A stretch of DNA of 55,448 bases from Candidatus Parvarchaeota archaeon (GTDB taxonomy: Archaea > Nanobdellota > Nanobdellia > Parvarchaeales > Parvarchaeaceae). A program made the translations under genes and the position numbers. Location of the stretch: assembly GCA_023378865.1 (NCBI GenBank), contig JAMCSP010000018.1, forward strand, positions 1 to 55,448, given 5' to 3'. Shown here piece after piece: positions 1-9,168 of the stretch. The notes beneath the pieces were generated by a model. It was not told where the DNA came from and made no database searches. It was given only the letters and a program-made list of their open reading frames with translations. Within the stretch, counting starts at the first letter, position 1. The number at the start of each line of letters is the position of its first letter.

Positions 1-1
1 A

Positions 2-247
2 AAACAGTTCAGGGTAGAAGAAGAAAAAGCAGCTGATTTTATTAGAAAGAACATTAAAAAGCCGGTCTTTGCGTTTATCGATGGTATATATGCTCCGCCC
101 GGAAAAAGGATGGGGCACGCCGGTGCTATTATATCTGGTAATGTTGGCACTGCGAAAAGCAAGCTAACAGCATTTAAAAAGGCAAATGTTCCGGTCGCAA
201 GAACATTTAGTGAACTTTCTAGTTTTATAATAAAGAAATTAGGCTAA
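2..247 (+). CDS. sucD: succinyl-CoA synthetase alpha subunit, C-terminal fragment (5' end outside window)
   Basis: Not in ORF track (no start in window). Own translation of frame 2 gives ...[47 protein letters not shown]...KKLG*, with the GHAGA phosphohistidine loop of SucD. Stop TAA at 245-247. Confidence 0.85.
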   Translation, partial: KQFRVEEEKAADFIRKNIKKPVFAFIDGIYAPPGKRMGHAGAIISGNVGTAKSKLTAFKKANVPVARTFSELSSFIIKKLG

Positions 248-346
248 ACATCGTATGTGTTATATTTAAAAATACAAAACGTTAAATATAATAAAAATAT
301 CTACTATATTGTTTATATAACAGATATTTAAGGAGGTAAATAAAAA

Positions 347-664
347 ATGGAAGAAGTAAATGGCGAAGAACAATTCGAAAAGTTGGTTCTTAAATCTAGT
401 ACACCTGTATTAGTGGATTTATGGGCACCTTGGTGTATGCCTTGTAGGTGGTATTCTCCAATAATAGAGAAGACTGCTGAGGAAATGAAGGATAAATTCA
501 AGCTTGTAAAGATAAACGTAGATGAAAATCAGGAGATAGCAGCAAAATATGGTGTTGAAGCTATTCCAACTACTTTATTGATAGAAAATGGAAAAGTCAA
601 AGCCAGTATTGTCGGCGCAATGCAAGCTGATCAACTTAAAAGTTGGTTAGGGAAGAATCTTTAG
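347..664 (+). CDS. trxA: thioredoxin
   Basis: 105 aa. VLVDLWAPWCMPCR (CxxC = CMPC) and cis-Pro loop AIPTTLLIENGK. AGGAGG upstream. Stop abuts the next start (TAGATG). Confidence 0.85.
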   Translation: MEEVNGEEQFEKLVLKSSTPVLVDLWAPWCMPCRWYSPIIEKTAEEMKDKFKLVKINVDENQEIAAKYGVEAIPTTLLIENGKVKASIVGAMQADQLKSWLGKNL

Positions 665-2515
665 ATGACAGAATTAACTTGGATGACCGGTGGAAAACAA
701 GGCAGTGGCATAGATGTATCCTTGAGTTTGTTTTCAAGGGTAATGATGAAATACGGCTATAACATCTATGGTTATAGGGAATATTTCTCAAATATAAAGG
801 GAATGCATAGTTTTTTCACTGTTAGAGTCTCCGACAAAGAAGTTGCTTCTATACCAAGCAAAGTTGATTTGGCAATATTCTTCGATACAGAATCTGTGTT
901 AGGGGAAGTAAATGAAAGAGGAGAGGTTGTTCAAGAAGGACATATTAAAGACATCAAAGAGAATGGAACCTTGGTTATAGACAGCAAAGTTGATAAAAGC
1001 AAGATAAACAGAAAAGACATAAATATTCTTGATATAGATTTTGATGCTATAATAACAAGCGTAGCTAAAAAGTTGAATAAACCTACCAGTGAATTGATAA
1101 TCTCTAAGAATATTGTCTGTGTTACTGCTTCCTGTTATTTATTAGGATTAGAGGATAGCTATATAGTAGAAGCAATAAAAACAGAGTTCGCAAAGAAGCC
1201 GAAAAGCGTCATCGATTTGGATATTTCCGTTTCAGAGGAAACTATAGAATACATGAAAAGCAAGAATGAATCACTTGCTAAGGAAACTTTAGACCATATA
1301 AAAACGAAAGGAATAGCTCCAATAACAAAACTTGACAATAAAAACAAAGGAGAACAGCTTTATATGGAAGGGTTTGCTTCTACCGCTATAGGCAAAGCAA
1401 TAGCCGGCTGCAAAATGCAGATTTATTATCCTATAACCCCTGCCAGTGATGAAAGCGTGTTTATAGAATCACACCCTGAATTGGGTATACGCGTCGTTCA
1501 ACCGGAAAGTGAGCTGGCAGTTCTGGCAATGGCAACTGGCGCAGCGATAGCAGGTGCTAGAGCTTCGACTTCAACTTCTGGTCCTGGTTTATCATTAATG
1601 TCGGAAACGGTTACTTGGGCAGGCATGAATGAAGTGCCAGTAGTTTTAGTAGATCATCAGAGGGGAGCACCAGCAACAGGTCAACCTACAAGAACTGAAC
1701 AGGGTGACTTGATGTTTGCAGTTCATCAAGGTCATGGAGATTTTGGCAGGATAGTAATTGCACCAGGGGATGTAAAGGACAGCATAAAAATGACAGCGGA
1801 TGCATTTAATTACGCAGAGCGTTACCAGCTACCAGTCATAGTGCTTGGAGAAAAGGCAATTTCACAAGGTTCGATGAATATAAGTAAAAATACAATCCTT
1901 GATATAAAGAAAAATTACAAAGTCGATAGGGGGAAATTAATAGAGAAAGTTGATGGCGAATACAAAAGATTCAAGTTTACAGCTGATAATATCTCTGAAA
2001 GAATAGTTCCAGGCAATCCCAATGCAATTTTTTGGTTGACAGGGGATGAGCATGATGAATGGGGGCACGTTTCTGAGGATCCTAATAATAGAATAAGAAT
2101 GATGGAAAAAAGAAATGGGAAATACTCTCAAATACTAAAGGAGATAAAAGCAGAAGACAAATTTACTCTTATAGGCGATCCAAAAACTGCAGATATTTTA
2201 GTAATTACCTGGGGGGGCCCCTCCGAAGCGTTAAAAGAAGCAGCAAATGGAAAGAAGGTTGCGGTTCTTCAGATAAAATTAATACAGCCTCTTCCGACTG
2301 AGATACTTGACATTTTAAAGAATGCAAAGAAAGTCGCAATTTTAGAAGAAAATATATCAGCGCAGTTAAAACAGCATATTGCTTCAGTTACCGGCTTTGT
2401 AATACCAAATGAGATTTTGAAGTATAACGGAAGACTGGTAAGATACGATGAAGTTGCAGATGCAATTGATAAAATAATGAAAGGTGAAAGTAAGGTGATA
2501 TTAAATGGCTACTGA
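665..2515 (+). CDS. 2-oxoacid:ferredoxin oxidoreductase, alpha subunit (fused gamma+alpha type)
   Basis: 616 aa. Size and layout match the large subunit of two-subunit archaeal OFORs. YYPITPASDES motif. Overlaps the beta-subunit gene by 11 nt. Lies between sucD and citrate synthase. Confidence 0.85.
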   Translation: MTELTWMTGGKQGSGIDVSLSLFSRVMMKYGYNIYGYREYFSNIKGMHSFFTVRVSDKEVASIPSKVDLAIFFDTESVLGEVNERGEVVQEGHIKDIKENGTLVIDSKVDKSKINRKDINILDIDFDAIITSVAKKLNKPTSELIISKNIVCVTASCYLLGLEDSYIVEAIKTEFAKKPKSVIDLDISVSEETIEYMKSKNESLAKETLDHIKTKGIAPITKLDNKNKGEQLYMEGFASTAIGKAIAGCKMQIYYPITPASDESVFIESHPELGIRVVQPESELAVLAMATGAAIAGARASTSTSGPGLSLMSETVTWAGMNEVPVVLVDHQRGAPATGQPTRTEQGDLMFAVHQGHGDFGRIVIAPGDVKDSIKMTADAFNYAERYQLPVIVLGEKAISQGSMNISKNTILDIKKNYKVDRGKLIEKVDGEYKRFKFTADNISERIVPGNPNAIFWLTGDEHDEWGHVSEDPNNRIRMMEKRNGKYSQILKEIKAEDKFTLIGDPKTADILVITWGGPSEALKEAANGKKVAVLQIKLIQPLPTEILDILKNAKKVAILEENISAQLKQHIASVTGFVIPNEILKYNGRLVRYDEVADAIDKIMKGESKVILNGY

Positions 2516-3428
2516 TGTTAAAAGTTTGACTTCCAATGAATTTAATGACTGGTGCCCAGGTTGCGGAGACAGTGGAATTGTATTAGCTGTCAAAAATGCG
2601 ATTGTCAAGGCAGGTTTAGATCCGCATAAAACAGTAATTGTATCCGGGATAGGCTGCTCCTCTAAATTGCCGCATTTGGTAAATGTAAACGGCGTTCATA
2701 CATTACATGGAAGACCGATACCTTTTGCGGAAGGAATTAAACTAGCAAATCCAGAGCTGACTGTTTTATTGGATAGCGGTGACGGAGATACTTACGGTAT
2801 AGGCGTGGGGCATTTTATAAGTGCAGGCAGACGTAATACTGACATAAAACTTTTTATACATGATAACGGTGTTTATTCTTTAACAAAAGGACAGGCTAGT
2901 CCTACTTTACCGGAAGGGAGGCAAACAAAATCGCTTCCTGGGCCAAATATAAACGGTGCTTTAAGTCCTCTTTCGCTCGCGATAATGTCTGGTTATAATT
3001 TCGTTGCAAGAGCACAGAGTTTTAAGGTTAATGAATTAGCAGACATAATGGTTAAAGCTATACAGCATAAAGGATTGGCTTTGGTTGATATAATGCAAGG
3101 CTGCCCAACTTATAATCCAGAATTTACATCTGCGCCATGGTTTAATACCCATCTAAAGTCTTTGCCGCAGGATTATGATGGTTATGTTAAAGACCCCTCA
3201 AATAAAGAAGAAGTTAACGAAAAGAAGTTAAATGCAATAAAAATGCTATTAAGCGAGGATCCTGATAATATGTATACAGGCATTTTCTTTCAGAATGAAG
3301 ATCCCGATACATTTGAAAGCAGATTACAGGCAAGGAAGATTCCTTCTCCGCTATCCCAAAAAATAGCCGATGAGAATGGAAATCCATTAACTGACATAGA
3401 GCCTCTATTAAAAGGATTAGAAGTATAA
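2505..3428 (+). CDS. 2-oxoacid:ferredoxin oxidoreductase, beta (TPP-binding) subunit
   Basis: 307 aa. N-terminal WCPGCGD Cys motif and TPP/Mg motif SGDGDTYGIG...HDNGVYSLTKGQ. Confidence 0.9.
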   Translation: MATDVKSLTSNEFNDWCPGCGDSGIVLAVKNAIVKAGLDPHKTVIVSGIGCSSKLPHLVNVNGVHTLHGRPIPFAEGIKLANPELTVLLDSGDGDTYGIGVGHFISAGRRNTDIKLFIHDNGVYSLTKGQASPTLPEGRQTKSLPGPNINGALSPLSLAIMSGYNFVARAQSFKVNELADIMVKAIQHKGLALVDIMQGCPTYNPEFTSAPWFNTHLKSLPQDYDGYVKDPSNKEEVNEKKLNAIKMLLSEDPDNMYTGIFFQNEDPDTFESRLQARKIPSPLSQKIADENGNPLTDIEPLLKGLEV

Positions 3429-3429
3429 G

Positions 3430-4578
3430 ATGGCAGAAGATATTGAAATAAAAGAAGGTTTGCAAGGAGTTTACATTACAAAATCATTAATATGCAAGGT
3501 TGATGGCCAAGAAGGAAAGCTTTATTATAGAGGTTATAAAATAGAAGATTTGGCAAATTACTCCTCTTATGAAGATGTATGCTATCTTTTATTGTATGGT
3601 AAACTTCCAAATTCAGAAGAACTTTCCAGTTTCATTGCAAGGATGAAAGAGGAAAGAGCAATATCTGAAAATACTAAGGACATAATCCGTAAGTTTTCCA
3701 AAGAATCGCAGGCATTGGATGTTCTAAGGACAGCGATGTCCTCTCTTTCTGCCGATGACAGCAAGCCATACAGTGACAATGAAAGTGAAAATATTGAAAA
3801 GGCTATAAAGATAATAGCGAAGACGGCTACAATCTCAGCTGCTATAGGTAGAATAAAAGAAGGAAAGGAAATATTAGAGCCAGATAATTCATTAAATCAT
3901 TCCGCAAACTTTCTTTACATGCTTACTGGCAATAAACCGGATAAAGATTCTGAAAAATTAATGGATGTAATGTTTATTCTTCATGCAGAGCACAGTTCAA
4001 ATGCATCTACCTTTGCGACTTTAGTTGCTTGTTCTACTTTAGCAGATATATACGCAGGAGTTACTGCAGGAGTAGCAGCATTGAAGGGGCCTTTACACGG
4101 TGGAGCTGATGAAGCAGCGGTAAAAATGATGAAGGAAATAGGAAATCCAGATAATACCGAGAATTATATAGAGGAAGCATTGGCGGGAAAAAAGAAAATA
4201 ATGGGATTCGGACACAGAGTATACAAAACCTATGATCCAAGAGCCAGAATCCTTAAATCTTATTTGGATACAATAAAGGGCAATTCAAATGAGGAAATAA
4301 ACAACCTGATAGAAATTTCCTTAAGGGCAGAGAAGATGATGATAGACAGGTTAGGCAAAAGCCATGGTATATGGCCTAATGTAGATTTCTTCTCGGGACC
4401 ATTATATATGCATCTTAATATAAAACCGGAAATGTTTGATACCGTCTTTGCATCCAGTAGAACTGTAGGCTGGTGTTCTCATGCGATAGAATACTGGAGA
4501 AATAACAAACTTTTCAGGCCGTTGGAAGAGTACATTGGAAAAATTGACTTGGAGTATTTACCTATAGAGAAAAGGTAA
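3430..4578 (+). CDS. gltA: citrate synthase
   Basis: 382 aa. Motifs ILHAEHSSNAST and GFGHRVYKTYDPRA. Confidence 0.92.
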   Translation: MAEDIEIKEGLQGVYITKSLICKVDGQEGKLYYRGYKIEDLANYSSYEDVCYLLLYGKLPNSEELSSFIARMKEERAISENTKDIIRKFSKESQALDVLRTAMSSLSADDSKPYSDNESENIEKAIKIIAKTATISAAIGRIKEGKEILEPDNSLNHSANFLYMLTGNKPDKDSEKLMDVMFILHAEHSSNASTFATLVACSTLADIYAGVTAGVAALKGPLHGGADEAAVKMMKEIGNPDNTENYIEEALAGKKKIMGFGHRVYKTYDPRARILKSYLDTIKGNSNEEINNLIEISLRAEKMMIDRLGKSHGIWPNVDFFSGPLYMHLNIKPEMFDTVFASSRTVGWCSHAIEYWRNNKLFRPLEEYIGKIDLEYLPIEKR

Positions 4579-4588
4579 GTACATTAAT

Positions 4589-5788
4589 ATGCAATATTTT
4601 AGTAGGAAAAGGGCCTTGTTATTTACATCATTGACGCATTTTGCTAATGATGGTAATTTTCTGCTTTTTTCAATACTCATAGTCTTTTTTGCTAAATTAC
4701 CAGGAGCAAGTATTGCATTTCTCGGTGCAAATGCAATAATATATAATATTCTTTATGGAGTAATAAGCTTGCCTGTAGGGAAGTTTGCAGACAGATTAAA
4801 TAATGATAGGTTTTTATTAGCATCGGGAATAGCATTAGAAGGTCTAGCAGCATTCTTTTTTGGGTTTGGATTTATTTATAAAATTTATTATATGGTCTTT
4901 ATTATATTAGGTTCTATAGCTTTGGGTTCTGGTCAGGCTTTTTACCATCCAATAGGCGCTTCTGTGCTTTCTTTTGTTTATGAAAGCAGAGATTTAGGCA
5001 AAATTCTTGGAATAAACGGGGCATTTGGCAGTCTAGGGAGGGCGCTAATGCCATCTGTAATAACTTTTCTACTTCTATTCTTTGGCGGTTTTAAGGGAAT
5101 GGAAATTATTGCAGTTTATGTTTGGATTTTATCAATGATAATATATTTTGGGATGTCGGGTTTTACAAGGCCTTTCAAAAAGCACAAGAAAATTAGAAAG
5201 AAGGAAGGTTTACCTAGCAGCATAAAGAAAAACCTTTACCTTGCATTGATCCCAATTTTTCTAAAAGGGGCTTTTATAATGGGCACAGTAACCTTTATCG
5301 CAGAATATATAGATAAAATTACAGGATCGGCTGCGTTTACCGGAATTATACTTACTATAAGTTTTATTCCAGCCATTTTAGGCCAGCCTCTTTTTGGCTA
5401 TATTACTACTATAAAAGGCGGCAGATTCACTATTGCATTAACTTCCTTCCTTTCCTTTTTGGCGTTTCTACTATTTCTGGCTACTACAAATATTATAATT
5501 CTAACGTTTGCTTATGCTGTTTTGGCTTTTCTAATATTTACTGGGTTTTCAGTGCTTTTGGACTACACATATCAGTTAGTGCCAAAAGAATATTATTCGA
5601 CTGCTTATAGTTTAGTGTGGGGAATCGGGAATATTTTGGGAGGAGCGTTTGGGATAGCTTTAATGACTTATTTCCTGACTTTTACAAGTGTTATAACCGG
5701 TATGTATTATATGGCAATATTATTCTTTATATCATTAATGTTCCTTCCTTTGCTTCCAAAATCTAGAAAAGATGAGTTGGTTACTTAA
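4589..5788 (+). CDS. MFS-type transporter (substrate unknown)
   Basis: 399 aa. About 12 hydrophobic helices split by a basic central loop (FKKHKKIRKKEG). GKFADRLNNDR loop after TM2 resembles the MFS signature. Confidence 0.65.
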   Translation: MQYFSRKRALLFTSLTHFANDGNFLLFSILIVFFAKLPGASIAFLGANAIIYNILYGVISLPVGKFADRLNNDRFLLASGIALEGLAAFFFGFGFIYKIYYMVFIILGSIALGSGQAFYHPIGASVLSFVYESRDLGKILGINGAFGSLGRALMPSVITFLLLFFGGFKGMEIIAVYVWILSMIIYFGMSGFTRPFKKHKKIRKKEGLPSSIKKNLYLALIPIFLKGAFIMGTVTFIAEYIDKITGSAAFTGIILTISFIPAILGQPLFGYITTIKGGRFTIALTSFLSFLAFLLFLATTNIIILTFAYAVLAFLIFTGFSVLLDYTYQLVPKEYYSTAYSLVWGIGNILGGAFGIALMTYFLTFTSVITGMYYMAILFFISLMFLPLLPKSRKDELVT

Positions 5789-5954
5789 TAAGAGCAGAGG
5801 CTATAGAAAATACAAAAAGTACTGCACCTATTACAATTATTATTTCTTCTGCTTCCAATGTCAAAATATTAAATTTATATAAGAAAGCCGAAGCTATCAT
5901 CAATAGCAATCCAAGGAAAAACAAAGGATATCTGTACCTATCGGGAAAGTGCAT
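5781..5954 (-). CDS. small two-TM membrane protein, candidate small SDH anchor subunit
   Basis: Below the ORF-track size cutoff. Own translation gives MHFPDRYRYPLFFLGLLLMIASAFLYKFNILTLEAEEIIIVIGAVLFVFSIASALIK* (57 aa). ATG lies 1 nt after the stop of the upstream anchor gene. The 3' end overlaps the convergent MFS gene by 8 nt. Confidence 0.3.
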   Translation of the reverse strand: MHFPDRYRYPLFFLGLLLMIASAFLYKFNILTLEAEEIIIVIGAVLFVFSIASALIK

Positions 5955-5955
5955 A

Positions 5956-6678
5956 TTATACCACCTGTAATATTCTAAAATCTATCGGCCATCCTGCGGC
6001 CAGTGCTCTCAAATACAAGTCAACAAGAACTATGAATACTAAGCTGATAAACGCCCATTCTTCATGTCTTTTATTAAGCATAGACTGGAAGTTAAAGAAG
6101 CCTTTTCTTGCTTTTGGATTTAATGCACAGTCATAGCATTTTACATTTCCTCCTGCAAATACATGTCTAAATGCATGGCAGGATAAAACCCATATTGTAA
6201 GCAGAACCGCATTTAACAGTATAAGAATGCTTGCGAATCTTAGAACGAAACCACCGAAATAGGTTACTGAAACATAGAAGTCATAGTAAAAGAATGGAAG
6301 AAGTGCTATTCCTATATACAGTAAATATCTATGCAGGTTATTGAACGCAAATAATGTTGTTTCTCCGGAATAACCTCTGCTTGCAGAATCTCCTCTTTCA
6401 TCAGCAGCACAACTTTGCGGATGGTTGAAAATATTTCTGTAATAATCCTTACGGTATGCATAACAGGTCAATCTGAATAAGCCTACCACTGGAACCACTA
6501 ATATAGTAGGAGAATAAAAAGGATCTATCAAGCCTTTATACTCTTTTACAGGGAAAACAAAGAGAGCAACTATCGCAAATATTAATATTGCTAGAAAAGA
6601 CCATAATCTCCAATTAGGTTCTAATAATTCCGGTATTGCTTTTTTAAGCGCACTTGAAAAATTAGCCTCACTCTCCAT
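5956..6678 (-). CDS. membrane anchor-like subunit of succinate dehydrogenase (non-canonical, Cys/His motif)
   Basis: 240 aa, about 5 TM helices. Start overlaps sdhB by 11 nt. Motif SCHAFRHVFAGGNVKCYDC. No similarity that I recognise to classical SdhC/SdhD. Confidence 0.5.
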   Translation of the reverse strand: MESEANFSSALKKAIPELLEPNWRLWSFLAILIFAIVALFVFPVKEYKGLIDPFYSPTILVVPVVGLFRLTCYAYRKDYYRNIFNHPQSCAADERGDSASRGYSGETTLFAFNNLHRYLLYIGIALLPFFYYDFYVSVTYFGGFVLRFASILILLNAVLLTIWVLSCHAFRHVFAGGNVKCYDCALNPKARKGFFNFQSMLNKRHEEWAFISLVFIVLVDLYLRALAAGWPIDFRILQVV

Positions 6679-7414
6679 GTTTTCTCCTTATTTTATTGAA
6701 CAGCATTGTGACTGGGTCATAATAGCTGTCGACTATACTTTCCTTTTCAGGGATTATTGCATTATCAGTTATTGCTATATGTTCAGGGCAAACTGACTGG
6801 CAACATTTAGTTATGTTACAGTAACCTGCACCTCCCTCTTCATGCAGAAACTTAGAACGATTTATTGAATCCAAAGGGTGCATGTCTAATGAAGCTGCCT
6901 TTACCATAAACCTTGGCCCTATGTAATTTTTGTCATGCTCTCTTATGACATGGCATACATCCTGACAGAGAAAACATTCTATGCAGTTTCTAAATTCCCT
7001 TGATCTACTAACATCAATTTCATCTATCTGCCAGGGCTCTTTTAACCCCTTTTTTGGTGTAAACGCAGGTATCTTCCTTGCTATCTCCCAGTTTCTCGAA
7101 ACGTCGGTCACTAAATCTTTTACAATTGGGAAGGCTTTCATTGGTGCAACATGTATCTTATCACCAAGTGAGTCTACTCTTGTTTTACACATTAAACTCG
7201 GTTTTCCGTCTATTTCTGCAGCACATGAGCCACATCTTGCGGCTTTACAGTTCCATCTAACTCCAAGTGTAGGATCTATGTTATTTTCTATGTAGTGTAT
7301 AGCATCAAGAACAACCATTCCTTCTTCAACTGGAACGGTAAACTCCTGAAATTTCCCTTCTTTGTCCTTGCTTGGATCAAATCTGTATACATTCATTTTT
7401 ACTTCTTTATTCAT
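6668..7414 (-). CDS. sdhB: succinate dehydrogenase iron-sulfur subunit
   Basis: 248 aa. 2Fe-2S motif CKAARCGSCAAEIDGKPSLMC, 4Fe-4S motif CIECFLCQDVC, third cluster CNITKCCQSVCP. Confidence 0.92.
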   Translation of the reverse strand: MNKEVKMNVYRFDPSKDKEGKFQEFTVPVEEGMVVLDAIHYIENNIDPTLGVRWNCKAARCGSCAAEIDGKPSLMCKTRVDSLGDKIHVAPMKAFPIVKDLVTDVSRNWEIARKIPAFTPKKGLKEPWQIDEIDVSRSREFRNCIECFLCQDVCHVIREHDKNYIGPRFMVKAASLDMHPLDSINRSKFLHEEGGAGYCNITKCCQSVCPEHIAITDNAIIPEKESIVDSYYDPVTMLFNKIRRKHGE

Positions 7415-9131
7415 AGGTTTCCTCAGGCAATATTTCTTTTAAGTATGGGGGCATTTCCGGCGGCGAAAAGGTATAGCTTTCCAATTTATCTTCGTTTTTC
7501 CTGAATATTATATTTTTTAACCATTTCCTATCCTTTTTTGGGTAGTCGTTCCTATAATGTGCCCCTCTGCTCTCTTTTCTCATTATTGCCCCCCTTACAA
7601 GCAATTCTGATATTTCAAGCATGCTGTGAAGTTCCAAGCATTGCAGCAATCCGGGGTTATACTGCAGATTACCCCCGACCCCTATATTCTTGTATTCTTT
7701 TTTTACATCAAGTATAACTGAAAGGGCTTTTTGCATATTCTGTTCGTTTCTTACTATACCAACATTTTCTGACATAGTTTTTCTGAGTTTTTCTGTTAGT
7801 GAATATGGATTAGTCCCGTTAGTGTTTATAAACCCGCTTACTCTCTTTATCTCTTCTGTTATTTCAGCTTCGGGTATCTTTTCCAAATTTGCTTTTTTAG
7901 CGTAAGCGGCAGCATTTATTCCAACATACTTACCGAAAACCAATAAATCTGCAAGCGAATTTCCACCCAATCTGTTAGCGCCATGTACTCCTGCAGCAGC
8001 CTCACCTACTGCAAATAACCCGTTTATATTTGTTGAGTTAGTTTCAGGGTCAACTTTTATACCTCCCATAAAATAGTGTGTAGTAGGCCCAACTTCCATT
8101 TTTTCCTTTGTTATGTCTACACCTGCAAATTCTTTGAATTGCATGTACATCCCCGGAAGTTTTTTCATTATGAAGTCTTTTCCTTTATAGGATATATCTA
8201 ATAGCACTCCCCCGTGTTCTGTGCCTCTGCCTTCCTGTATCTCATTGTATATGGATCTTGCAACGACATCCCTTGCATCAAGTTCCTTTTTCTGCGGAGA
8301 ATACCTTAACATAAACCTTTCTCCTTTTGTATTGTAAAGCAAGCCGCCTTCCCCTCTAACTCCCTCTGTTACGAGTAAACCTCTAACGCCGGGAGGCCAT
8401 ACCATTCCTGTAGGGTGAAATTGCATCATCTCCATATCCATCATTTCTGCACCGGCATCGAATGCCAATGCAATTCCGTCCCCAGTGCTTTCCCATGAAT
8501 TAGATGTAACTTCATATATCCTTCCGCAGCCCCCTCCAGCTATGATAGTAGACTTCGAATTTATCGCAATAAATTCACCTGTTTTCATATCTAATGCGAC
8601 AGCTCCTATAACTTTGTTGTTCTTTTTTATCAATTTGGTTACAAAGACTTCGTCCATTATTTTTACGTTGCTGCTGTGTAATATCTTGTCTTCTAATGTC
8701 CTTAATAACTCTAATCCTGTCTTATCACCAACATGGCATAACCTTCTGTAAGTGTGTGCTCCGAATGCTCTCTGCATTATCTTTTTCTCAGGCGTTCTGT
8801 CGAAAAGTGCTCCCATCCTTTCTAGTTCATACACTCTATCCGGTGCCTCTTTTGCTAATTTTTCTACTAATCTCCAGTCAGAAAGATATACGCCTTCTAC
8901 CATAGTATCTTTAAAGTGCACTTTCCAGTTATCTTCAGGATCTACATCTCCAAGAGAAGCAGCTATGCCGCCTTCTGCCATAACTGTGTGGGCCTTTCCG
9001 AGCAGCGATTTAGATAGAATTGTTACGCTCACACCAGTATTTAGGGCTTCTACCGCAGCTCTTAACCCAGAGCCACCAGCTCCAATTATCAGCATATCCG
9101 TATCTATTGTTTTGTAGTTTTGGCTGGGCAT
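7407..9131 (-). CDS. sdhA: succinate dehydrogenase flavoprotein subunit
   Basis: 574 aa. IIGAGGSGLRAA FAD fold, covalent-FAD His in MQFHPTGM, VRGEGG, HYFMGGI, RGAHYR. Confidence 0.95.
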   Translation of the reverse strand: MPSQNYKTIDTDMLIIGAGGSGLRAAVEALNTGVSVTILSKSLLGKAHTVMAEGGIAASLGDVDPEDNWKVHFKDTMVEGVYLSDWRLVEKLAKEAPDRVYELERMGALFDRTPEKKIMQRAFGAHTYRRLCHVGDKTGLELLRTLEDKILHSSNVKIMDEVFVTKLIKKNNKVIGAVALDMKTGEFIAINSKSTIIAGGGCGRIYEVTSNSWESTGDGIALAFDAGAEMMDMEMMQFHPTGMVWPPGVRGLLVTEGVRGEGGLLYNTKGERFMLRYSPQKKELDARDVVARSIYNEIQEGRGTEHGGVLLDISYKGKDFIMKKLPGMYMQFKEFAGVDITKEKMEVGPTTHYFMGGIKVDPETNSTNINGLFAVGEAAAGVHGANRLGGNSLADLLVFGKYVGINAAAYAKKANLEKIPEAEITEEIKRVSGFINTNGTNPYSLTEKLRKTMSENVGIVRNEQNMQKALSVILDVKKEYKNIGVGGNLQYNPGLLQCLELHSMLEISELLVRGAIMRKESRGAHYRNDYPKKDRKWLKNIIFRKNEDKLESYTFSPPEMPPYLKEILPEETYE

Positions 9132-9168
9132 AAATAGATTTAAGTAAGTATAATTTAAATTATTATGT

